Assembly (NCBI GenBank): GCA_965207735.1
Contig: OZ242296.1
Coordinates: 1,536,001-1,600,000, forward strand
DNA length: 64,000 nucleotides
Origin: Candidatus Versatilivorator sp.
Lineage (GTDB): Bacteria; Acidobacteriota; Terriglobia; Versatilivoradales; Versatilivoraceae
Direction of reading: 5' to 3'
Position numbers and translations under genes: made by a program. How positions within the stretch are numbered: position 1 is the first letter of the stretch; each line of letters starts with the position of its first letter. Of this stretch, positions 1 to 8,585 are shown in pieces. The notes below the pieces were generated by a model. It was not told where the DNA came from and did not search any database. It saw only the letters and a program-made list of their open reading frames with translations.

Positions 1-410
1 GACTCTCTCCCGTTTGAAGGGCGCTCGACGCAAGACAAACTCAGGCATTTGCGATCGGACTCTTTGCATCTGGAAGCTCTGCACTCCCTGGGATCTCTCT
101 TGTATCCATGAGCTTTGACAGGTAACCTGCGATTTCTACGACTCCGGTGTACCCAGCATCCCAAGAACGCTTACAGCGCGAATTTCGGCCCGAAAAGCAA
201 GTAAAGAGGCCTCCAGTTGGCCTGTGCTGCAACCTCTCCAGGTCTGGCAATCCCTAGTACCTGGAGTTTTAAATGCGATTGCCCCTATGTTGACATAGGT
301 AGGTCTTATCGGAAGTTGGAGGAGTTACTGAGATCGTGAACTTGTCGATGCTCTGCATCGCGACACCGAGGGGAAGTGGGACTGACCACAAGTAGTTCCT
401 ATGGCAGCTC

Positions 411-830
411 TTACCTGCACTCGAGAAACTCCCGTATCCGCTCCCCTACATCAGTACCCGTCTTTACCTCGCACTCCCACAGAATCATTACTTTCCAGCC
501 TAATTCATAGAGTTTTGCCACCTGTTCCGCGTCGCGGGTCACATTGCTTTTCAGCTTAGTTGCCCAGTAATTCAGGTTGGACCGGGGGGTTCGGGAATTC
601 TTGCAGGTGGTTGAGGGGTGTTGATGCCAAAAACAGCCATGAACGAAGATAACCTTTTGCAGGCGCGGGAAGACAAGGTCGGGTTTGCCCGGCAAGTCCA
701 TCCGGTGCAGCCGATAGCGGTAGCCCATCGAATGAACAAGGCGGCGCACCATCATCTCCGGCATCATTCCCTTGGACTTGATGTTGGACATGATTTCGCT
801 ACGCCTCTTGGAACTTACTGTGTCGGCCAT
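411..830 (-). CDS. vsr: Very short patch repair endonuclease Vsr
   Basis: MADTVSSKRRSEIMSNIKSK start, LPGKPDLVF, FVHGCFWHQH and LWECE are Vsr motifs; lies near a C5 methyltransferase. Confidence 0.95.
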   Translation of the reverse strand: MADTVSSKRRSEIMSNIKSKGMMPEMMVRRLVHSMGYRYRLHRMDLPGKPDLVFPRLQKVIFVHGCFWHQHPSTTCKNSRTPRSNLNYWATKLKSNVTRDAEQVAKLYELGWKVMILWECEVKTGTDVGERIREFLECR

Positions 831-1027
831 CGCCTAAGCTCGGATAGGGTTTCGTCGATAAACCAATCAAGGAAGCGAAAACGTGGTTTTGAGAATCATC
901 TCCTCAAGTTGGTCTGGTATGATTTGTCTCTTTTGGCTGTTATCTGTTAGAGACTTTACAGTTTGTGCAAATAGTGTCAGCAGGGTGCTGAGCATTGCGT
1001 CTCACTTCTACGAAAGCAAAAAACTCA

Positions 1028-2188
1028 ATGGAAAATCAATCTTCTGAAAGCACAATTGAGGGACGGCAGATCACGAGGATATCCCTGAACGAACTCTTGC
1101 TAGATCGTAACAACCCTAGATTTGGCCTACGGGGTAACGAAAAAAGCCAACAAGAAATTCTAGATCATATTGTAGAGAAATTTGGAGTAAACGACGTTCT
1201 GAGTTCACTGGCGGTGAATGGATATTTTGAGGCTGAGCCCATTGTCTGTCGCCGGATCCCCAAAACAAAAAGGGCTGTTGTTGTTGAAGGCAACCGACGT
1301 CTAGCAGCTTGCCTAATTATTCTCGGAGACAAGAGAGCGGCAAGCCAAGAGAAACGGTCGGCGGAATTTAGCGCTCTCTGGAATGAGAATAACCGCCCAA
1401 GGATCAACCCGGTACCGGCAATATTGTTCGAGGAGAAGGAACAGCAGAAAGCAATTCTTTCCTATCTGGGTGTGCGCCACATCGCGTCCTCACAGCCATG
1501 GGATTCGTATGCGAAGGCCGCTTGGGTTGCTCAGGTAGTCGAAGAAAGTGGTCTGGACATCCAGAGTGTTTCTCAGATGATCGGTGACCAGCACCAAACG
1601 GTGAACCGGCTTTTAGAGGGTTACTATTTGGTTCAACAATTGGTTCGGCAGGGCAGGTTTCATCCACAAAACAGTATTCGACGAGGCCGTGGAAGTGTTA
1701 CGGAATACCCGTTCTCATGGGTTTACACCATACTTGGCTATACGACAGTTCGTAAGTTTCTCGAGCTCTCTGATGGGGGTGCCCCACAAAATCCGGTCGC
1801 CGAAGACAAGTTGGACGGAGGCGGGTTGCTTTTTCGAGTTATGTTCGGCGACAAGTCGCGTGGCAGAAGTGCTGCTTTAGAAGATTCCCGTGAACTTGGC
1901 GACCTAGCAACTGCCCTTGCCAGTGATGAAAAGATTCGTCTTTTGGAACAGGGGAAGACGCTTGCTGAAATTGAAACTCTTACTAAGCCAGTCGAAAGGC
2001 GCCTGTCTGACGGACTTGACCTTGTGCGCGTCACGTTGAGGGATTTAGTTGCCAGTTTGTCTGAACAAGATATTCAGCAGAGCACTGCAACTAATTTCGT
2101 GAAGATTTCTAGCGGTAATCGCAAGATGGCCGTGGAACTCGATAGAAAGCTCAAGGAGATTGCATTTGGTGGGGATGACGAAGACTGA
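1028..2188 (+). CDS. ParB/Srx-like N-terminal domain protein
   Basis: LLLDRNNPRF and VVVEGNRRLAA (ParB GxRR motif); ATG at 1028 preferred over TTG at 995. Confidence 0.8.
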   Translation: MENQSSESTIEGRQITRISLNELLLDRNNPRFGLRGNEKSQQEILDHIVEKFGVNDVLSSLAVNGYFEAEPIVCRRIPKTKRAVVVEGNRRLAACLIILGDKRAASQEKRSAEFSALWNENNRPRINPVPAILFEEKEQQKAILSYLGVRHIASSQPWDSYAKAAWVAQVVEESGLDIQSVSQMIGDQHQTVNRLLEGYYLVQQLVRQGRFHPQNSIRRGRGSVTEYPFSWVYTILGYTTVRKFLELSDGGAPQNPVAEDKLDGGGLLFRVMFGDKSRGRSAALEDSRELGDLATALASDEKIRLLEQGKTLAEIETLTKPVERRLSDGLDLVRVTLRDLVASLSEQDIQQSTATNFVKISSGNRKMAVELDRKLKEIAFGGDDED

Positions 2189-3155
2189 CCCATATAGCCT
2201 TCGCCACCAAGCCCAGCGCTCGGCCAACCATGCCGATCAAGCCGAATTCTCTGCGCTAAAGAACGGTACAACGGTCATTGATACTGGAATTTATCATGGG
2301 CGTGTTGCAGGCGCGATGGACGATTTTGAAGCCCCAGATCTGGCTGTCCGCGAGTTATGGCATAACGAAGATCTAAAATTCGACAGCGCAGTAGGGAAGA
2401 TATACGAGGAGATCGAGCGTCGCAGCAAGACCATGGAAACAACTTATCCGTTTTCAATTGAAGAAGGATCATTAATTCACACACCAAGCAACAACTCAGT
2501 TTACGAATTTCTTTTGGCTATCTGTAATGCAGAGACTCTCACGGCGGGTGAACATGTATGGCTTCCCCGCTTGTTTGAGCGTCTTTCTGCTCGTTTGGTC
2601 GCAGCTTGTTTCGGCTCTGACACGCAATTTGTGCATACTGGAGCACCCAGAGATCCAGAAATCGGCACCTCCTTTAAGACAGCAATGCTGACTGTTGCTG
2701 AACGAACGTCGGAGTGGAACTGGGGCCCAGACGAGGGTCTGCCGGATGAGCCTGTCAACGGCGATGGTGGCTGCGATTTCGTTGTTTGGCCCGTTCCCCC
2801 AGACGGACGAAAGATAGGCCAGCTTTTCGTGCTCGGTCAGTGTGCTTGCGGTAACGATTGGCAAACGAAATTCAAGGATCTAACAATCAGGAGTCTATCT
2901 AAGTGGTTCAATCCACTATCGATTGTCGAACCAGTTCGATGTTTCTCAACCCCGTTCCATGTTACCGACGCAATGCTAAGAGAGGCGAGCCGTGAAGGGG
3001 GAATTGTCTTTGATCGCGCACGACTGGTTAGACTTAGCCGGCAAGTGGCAGAAGATAGGATTGAATCCGAAATTCAAAGCAAAATGAATCGTCTTATTGA
3101 ATTAGTGATCGGACAGCGCTACCAAATATCAGGAAGCGACTCTGCAACGGCCTGA
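2175..3155 (+). CDS. Putative Mrr-like PD-(D/E)xK nuclease-fold protein
   Basis: GDGGCDFVVW...VLGQCACGNDWQTK resembles the Mrr D..QxK core; start overlaps the stop of the ParB-like gene. Confidence 0.6.
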   Translation: MTKTDPYSLRHQAQRSANHADQAEFSALKNGTTVIDTGIYHGRVAGAMDDFEAPDLAVRELWHNEDLKFDSAVGKIYEEIERRSKTMETTYPFSIEEGSLIHTPSNNSVYEFLLAICNAETLTAGEHVWLPRLFERLSARLVAACFGSDTQFVHTGAPRDPEIGTSFKTAMLTVAERTSEWNWGPDEGLPDEPVNGDGGCDFVVWPVPPDGRKIGQLFVLGQCACGNDWQTKFKDLTIRSLSKWFNPLSIVEPVRCFSTPFHVTDAMLREASREGGIVFDRARLVRLSRQVAEDRIESEIQSKMNRLIELVIGQRYQISGSDSATA

Positions 3156-4072
3156 AATAATTGGGGAGGCACTGCATTTCCTATAGCTTCGTATTTCTGG
3201 CGCATCGTTCCGGTCTCAGGAAAGACTATATCGCTATCGAAGCCTTGCAGACACGCAGCCTCACGAAAAGAGAAACGTCTTCGAGGAGCATCTGACGACC
3301 AAACCCATTTATCAGTGTGGATGCGTAATAACTGGGGACTCAGTGGATGTAAAGGCATGTGTCGAGGATGGCTAACGATCGTCTTGCTCGGCTCTGACCA
3401 GTCGCGGCGCCTATTACGTGACATATAGTACCAATGGAATCCATCATCGAAGAATTCACCTTCTGGCCAAATTGTCATGCCAGCCAATGCTTCTGCAATT
3501 GTCTTAAATCTATTCTCCCCTTCTCGAGTGTGGGTCGGCTTTGGAAAGGAATAGCGCATGTCGATATCGCTCCTAATTCCAACGACAAATATTCTGACTC
3601 GTTCTTGGGCTACTCCGTAGCTAACCGCATTCAATAGATCATGTGACACCCTATATCCGGCCATCCGGAAACGAGTGATTTGATTGTGCAGGAGGTGTCT
3701 GAAATCACTACGCCGCATGCCCGGCACATTCTCGACTATGAATGCTTTCGGGCGTACCTGCCTGAGCGCACGATCAAATTCACGATATAAGTAGTTAATT
3801 CTTCTATTTGATACTCGGGCGCCCCCTTGGCTGAAGCCTTGGCAAGGGTAACATCCAACTAAAAGATCTGCCGTAGGGAATGACGGGATTTCGCCAACGT
3901 CTTTGCACTGAAAATCTGTTTCCGGCAAATTGGCTTCGTAGAGTTCTTTGGCAAACTGTGAAATATCGTTGGCGAATACAACTTCGAAGCCGGCACTCAG
4001 TAAGCCCGTATCAGAGCCGCCGCACCCGCTAAACAAGGAGACGGCTTTTGCTTTTGTCTTAGTTTTCAGCAA
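3119..4072 (-). CDS. DNA (cytosine-5)-methyltransferase
   Basis: SLFSGCGG (motif I), YPCQGFS (IV), ENVPG (VI), QERVRIF (VIII), IGNAVPP (X); exact start uncertain (TTG). Confidence 0.95.
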   Translation of the reverse strand: MLKTKTKAKAVSLFSGCGGSDTGLLSAGFEVVFANDISQFAKELYEANLPETDFQCKDVGEIPSFPTADLLVGCYPCQGFSQGGARVSNRRINYLYREFDRALRQVRPKAFIVENVPGMRRSDFRHLLHNQITRFRMAGYRVSHDLLNAVSYGVAQERVRIFVVGIRSDIDMRYSFPKPTHTREGENRFKTIAEALAGMTIWPEGEFFDDGFHWYYMSRNRRRDWSEPSKTIVSHPRHMPLHPLSPQLLRIHTDKWVWSSDAPRRRFSFREAACLQGFDSDIVFPETGTMRQKYEAIGNAVPPQLFQAVAESLPDIW

Positions 4073-4483
4073 CTCAGCAACTCTTATCTTGTTGTATTCT
4101 CTTTGAGAATCACCTTCTGATGGTCCTATCTTGAAGGTCCACCCCTCCTCTCCTCTGATAGTATCTCAATCACTGCAACAAATCATGGGGATAAAGAGCC
4201 GGGCTCGGGAAGAGCCGTTCTCTCATCGACCCAGGAAAATTCTCCGAGTTCCCCCTTTTCCACAGCCTCGACGGCGGGGCAACGGCGGGGATAATTCACC
4301 AAATTCCTCCCTCTGGCGTCGGACCTAAATTCGGAGGAGGGTCAATGCGCAAAGCGAATGCGCGCACATGGGAAGGACGCGGGATGCGCAGATCGGAGCA
4401 TCACCGACCCGACAGTGATCCATTCGACTGCAAGGCTCGGGGCGTGGTCTGCGGCCCCGTGGTTCCAATTCGATCCGGGCCAA

Positions 4484-4822
4484 CCGTAACTGTTCGGTCA
4501 AGCCGTGGCGCGCGTCGTCCTGCGCCGGGCCTATGGCTTCGCGCTCAATGGCGACCGAGCACCTGACGAAGTGCCACCCTTTCACCTCCGTGGGATGGAG
4601 ACACAGAGCCGAGAAGCGACCCGTGGTTGTCGGAACGATACGGTCGGAGCGCGTGGTAGGTAAGGACTTCGAGGCTGACGATCCTCTGCCGTTGTCCTGT
4701 CCGCGGGAGGTCTTGCCGCCGCTACGGCTGGCTCAAGCCCTACAGTAACCCAACGGGAATTGATCGCTACGGAGAGGATGCCGGTTCGACCACTCCACCA
4801 CAGCTTGACCGAACAGTTACGG
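4484..4822. mobile_element. 339-bp MITE
   Basis: Perfect 20-bp TIRs CCGTAACTGTTCGGTCAAGC (4484-4503, 4803-4822) flanked by direct repeat GCCAA (4479-4483, 4823-4827). Confidence 0.85.
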
Positions 4823-4957
4823 GCCAACCGTCCCTAAACGGCCACGAAGAGCCAGGGGAATCCGTTTTTTTCTGGAGGGCATAATGGTGGGCAGGACATC
4901 GTCTGGAAATCCATAAGTCCTTTGTATAAAATGTGTTACATCAATTCCCGATAACGT

Positions 4958-5095
4958 CCGAAGGGATCACTGTGGTGAGAGCGACCCTCCGAGGGGAGGT
5001 TAACCGTGAACTGCGGGGTGAAACGGCTAACCCTCCCCGATGGCGCACCAGCGTCCAAAAGGGTGGGGTCGCTCTCACCACAGTGATCCCTTCGG
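4958..5095. repeat. 30-bp perfect inverted repeat with 78-bp structured interior
   Basis: CCGAAGGGATCACTGTGGTGAGAGCGACCC at 4958-4987, reverse complement at 5066-5095. Confidence 0.9.
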
Positions 5096-5229
5096 GAAGG
5101 GCGAAATGAAGACCTGGAGCCAAGTCATTCTCGTCAACCTGGCCTTGACGGCCGTGGGCCTTCGGGTGTGGCTCGATCCCTGGCCCGCTTTGGGAGAAGT
5201 TCCCCTGCTTGACTTGGTTCACGCCACCG

Positions 5230-5312
5230 ATCCCTTGGGCCTAACTACACTCAGACCTCCAGATCCTCTCCCGGCCCTTGGTCCAGGTAACGCGCCCAGT
5301 CCCGGAAGCTGG
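5230..5312 (-). pseudogene. Relic of the 3' end of a second integrase copy
   Basis: Matches the integrase tail (ccagatcctc..., ccaggtaacgcgccca, gcccagtcccggaagctgg) with an internal deletion. Confidence 0.65.
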
Positions 5313-5916
5313 TCCGTCTGCAACCATTCGGGAATAGTAATCACAGTCCAGTTCCCCGCAGACGCGTGGGAATCCGAGCAAGAAACAGGCTCACCGGATG
5401 ATGGTGGAATGATCGACGATTTCCGTCTCTGGGGGTCAAGGCGGTGTCGTCAGATGGGCCGACACCTTTCCGAAGGGGGGGTGTCGGACTAACATGTCGG
5501 AGATCCTGCTACGCACAACGTCTTTCTCTCAGAGGGCGCGCGCTCGCCGTTGTGGTTCGGGACTTTCCCGAAACGCCTCATCAGACGCGGAACAACACGG
5601 ATTTCCCGCGTCCGCTGCGAAAAGGCGAAGCGAGGCTGCGCCTCGCGTGTCCCCCCCTCGCCCGGCGAAACGGCGCGCCGCACGAGAGGGGTGCTGGTGG
5701 AGAGAGCGCCCCCCCCTTTTTTCCCGCTGGTGCGCCACGGGCGCGGGAAAAGGTGTCGGCAAAGGTGTCGGCCCTTTGCCCCCCTTTTGGGGAGGTCGCT
5801 CTCTCAACAGTGATCCCTGAGGGAGGGCCGAAATGAAGACCTGGAGCCAAGTCATTCTCATCAACCTGGCCTTGACGGCCGGGGGTGTGCGGGTAGGCTC
5901 GATCCCTTGGGCCTCT

Positions 5917-7149
5917 TTACTCCAAGGGCTCCAGATCCTCCCCCGACCCCTGGGCCAGGTAACGCGCCCAATCGTCCATCAGGAGACGCCGGCGCTCGAA
6001 CAGGTCGGAGCGGGCATAGGCCGCCTCGACCCGATTCCGAACCACATGCGCAAGGGCGGCCCCGATCACCTCCCGGGGGTGGTCGGTCTCCTCGGCCGCC
6101 CAGTCCCGGAAGCTGGACCTGAACCCGTGCGGCACGGCTGCAATCCCCTGCTCGCGGACCAGCCATCGCAGCTCCTTGTCACTGAGCGGCTTCCCCTGCC
6201 CACGGGTGAACACCAGAGGACCGGCTCCTTTGCCCAGGGTCCGTGCCGCCTCGAGAATCTCCAGGACACGTCCACACAGCGGCACCCGGTGCTTCCGGTT
6301 GGCCTTCATCCGACTGGCCGGGACGGTCCATACACCAGCGTCCCGATCGATCTCCTCCCACTCGGCCCAGCGCACCTCACTCCACCTGGCTGCCGTAAGC
6401 ACCAGGAACTCGAAGGCCAGCTTGGCCACCTCCTCTGCCGTCGATGCCTGCACCGTCCGGATGGCCGCGGCCACCTCCCGATGCGGCAAGGCCCGCATGT
6501 GCTCGGTAACGTCATGTTGGGGACCCAGGACCGGGCCGATCCTGTCGCAGGGGTTGTCGATCCTGTACTCCATGGCTACGGCCCATTCCAGGACCGCACG
6601 CAGGCGCTGGCGCACCCGCCGGGCGCTGGAGGCCTTCCGGTGCCAGATAGGGGTGAGGATCTCAAGCAGGTCGGCGCTGGTGACCTCGGAGACCGGCATC
6701 TTGCCGATGCGCGGGAAGGCGAACCGCCTCAGGCTGGACATCCACTCGCGGTGGTGACGCCGGCCTCGCCATCCGTCCCGCTTCTGTTCCAGCACACGCG
6801 AGGCGGCTTCGGCGAAGGTGGGGATACCCTCGGTGCGTCGCTTCTCGGCAAGAGGATCTCCGCCCTCACGGGCCAGCTTGCGGTTGGCCAGGGCCTTCTC
6901 CCTGGCCTCGGCCAGGGAAACCAGGGCAAGGCTGCCGAGACCGAGCTCCCGGCGACGGCCACGGACGACGAGGCGTTGAATCCAACTGCGGGTTCCGCTG
7001 GGCTGGACGAAGAGGTACAATCCATTTCCATCGGCGTATCTTCCGGGCGGAGCGGAGCGCAGGAAGGCGGCCGAGAGGGCGTTGCTGGGGTGGCAACCGG
7101 TGGGTTTGGTCTTGGGTCGGAACGGAGCGAAGTCCGTTACAGTATCCAT
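5917..7149 (-). CDS. P4-type tyrosine integrase with arm-DNA-binding domain
   Basis: YADGNGLYL arm-binding motif; catalytic TAAR, HGFRSSFR, LAH, AAY; ATG at 7149. Confidence 0.93.
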   Translation of the reverse strand: MDTVTDFAPFRPKTKPTGCHPSNALSAAFLRSAPPGRYADGNGLYLFVQPSGTRSWIQRLVVRGRRRELGLGSLALVSLAEAREKALANRKLAREGGDPLAEKRRTEGIPTFAEAASRVLEQKRDGWRGRRHHREWMSSLRRFAFPRIGKMPVSEVTSADLLEILTPIWHRKASSARRVRQRLRAVLEWAVAMEYRIDNPCDRIGPVLGPQHDVTEHMRALPHREVAAAIRTVQASTAEEVAKLAFEFLVLTAARWSEVRWAEWEEIDRDAGVWTVPASRMKANRKHRVPLCGRVLEILEAARTLGKGAGPLVFTRGQGKPLSDKELRWLVREQGIAAVPHGFRSSFRDWAAEETDHPREVIGAALAHVVRNRVEAAYARSDLFERRRLLMDDWARYLAQGSGEDLEPLE

Positions 7150-7355
7150 CCCCCCATTATATGGGGGATGGCAGTGGATTGCAAGGGATGTTGGTGGCAA
7201 GACAAGCCACGGCAGGACTTATATAAGACACTCATAAATAAGACAGTTATAGACTCTACTGGACGGCACTAGACATCACTGGAATTTGAATGGCCGTTGC
7301 GGCGGCGGCAGCAATCCTCCGCTGCTTGACATCAAACGGCTCACCGTCCACTATT

Positions 7356-7512
7356 CCCCGGGCGCCAGCCCGGGGGCTCCAGCAAGCCGCGAAGCGGCGA
7401 CAGCAGGTAGCCGTGGGCGTAAGCCCATGGGGGTGGGCGTGGCCCATGGGGGTGGGCGTGGCCCATGGAAAACGTGACGCTAGAGTCGAGCCGCGTAGGC
7501 GGCGACAGCAAT
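7356..7512. repeat. REP-like family A cluster
   Basis: Hairpins CCCCGGGCGCCAGCCCGGGG, GCCGCG(A/T)AG(G)CGGC and GTAGCCGTGGGCGTAAGCCCATGG; related copies at 28073, 41862, 42098, 45681, 46283. Confidence 0.85.
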
Positions 7513-7538
7513 CATCCCGCTGCTCGATATAAAACGAG

Positions 7539-8447
7539 CTACCGTCCTTCCAGCAAACTCTTGCTCACCTTGCAGACCATGGTATAGGCCGGGTCGAAGA
7601 TGTTTCCCAGCTCGTATCGGACGCACTGGGACAAGAGCAGATTGGCGCCCAGCCCATCCAGGCCGTAGTCCTGCTGCAGCCAGCGGAGCATCTCGGTGGT
7701 GGCGTGCTGGGTGGCCTGATCCAGCGGCCGAGCATTCCCGACGGTAAAAATCCATTCGTCGTTTTCACCTCGCGGCCACCCGATCGACTTGCCCTTGAGA
7801 ACCCGCAGGGTGACGCGGACATCCATGGAAATCTCGATCCCGGTGCCCACGATCTCACCGTCCCCCTGCACGGCGTGTCCGTCTCCCAGAAAAAACAGGG
7901 CTCCCGGCTCGAAAACCGGAAAATAGACCGTCGTCCCCGCCACAAACCCCCGATAGTCCATGTTCCCGCCGTGCTCGGCGGAGGTCGCGGTGGAGATGGC
8001 CTGACCGCCCTTGGCCGCCACGCCGAAACAACCCAGCATGGGCTCCAGCGGGATCACCAGCTGGCCCAGTTTGGACTCCGGGCCGACCAGGGTGGCGGTT
8101 CCCTTCTCGGCCTCCACCCTCCACTCAGCCACCAGAGCCGGGGGCAACTGGCGCACGTAATCGGGATCCACCACGTTGGGCGCAACCGCCGAATAACAAA
8201 ACCCGTAGGCGCGGTTGGGCCGGATCTCCTCCAGGTCCACCGCCAGGGTATCGCCGGGCTCGGCCCCCTCCACGTAAAAGGGCCCGGTCTGAGGGTTGCT
8301 TCTGGGCGTCACCTGCTCGCGCCGGTGGTCGACCCCCCAGGCGTCCACCGTCGTGGTCACCAGCGCATCGCCGTCGCCCACCCGCAAAACCGGCGGATGC
8401 GGCCCCAGGGTGGTGTGGTATCGGGTGGGAGTGAAATGGTGCTCCAT
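7539..8447 (-). CDS. Acetamidase/formamidase family protein
   Basis: NPQTGPFYVEGAEPGDTL, HGGNMD, GDGHAVQGDGE. Confidence 0.92.
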   Translation of the reverse strand: MEHHFTPTRYHTTLGPHPPVLRVGDGDALVTTTVDAWGVDHRREQVTPRSNPQTGPFYVEGAEPGDTLAVDLEEIRPNRAYGFCYSAVAPNVVDPDYVRQLPPALVAEWRVEAEKGTATLVGPESKLGQLVIPLEPMLGCFGVAAKGGQAISTATSAEHGGNMDYRGFVAGTTVYFPVFEPGALFFLGDGHAVQGDGEIVGTGIEISMDVRVTLRVLKGKSIGWPRGENDEWIFTVGNARPLDQATQHATTEMLRWLQQDYGLDGLGANLLLSQCVRYELGNIFDPAYTMVCKVSKSLLEGR

Positions 8448-8585
8448 GGCTTGGGACTCCGATTCAGGTTCAGAACGATCCAGGGGCTCCGGCGCGGCTG
8501 GCCGGCCGTCTCACCCGGTTGGCTGACGCACCCGCGGCACAGCCCATCTTCCGTATGCCTTCTCGGACCCGGGACCGCAGCGGCC

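Noticed and set aside
1-410. Possible gene at the window start
   Set aside because: All plus frames are interrupted, and the 69-aa minus ORF has no recognisable motif
3119-4072. Assigning GGCC specificity to the methyltransferase
   Set aside because: The MSRNR...LHP region recalls BspRI/BsuRI-type enzymes from memory, but specificity cannot be established without alignment or methylome data
5833-7272. 479-aa plus-strand ORF
   Set aside because: Antisense shadow of the integrase; only the first 25 or so codons look like a real gene-start relic
7200-7310. tRNA attachment site next to the integrase
   Set aside because: No T-loop or cloverleaf visible; CCGCAACGGCCA only loosely resembles a tRNA 3' end
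7413-7468. CRISPR-like tandem repeat GTGGGCGTGGCCCATGG
   Set aside because: No spacers and no cas genes; it is a slippage expansion of a REP arm
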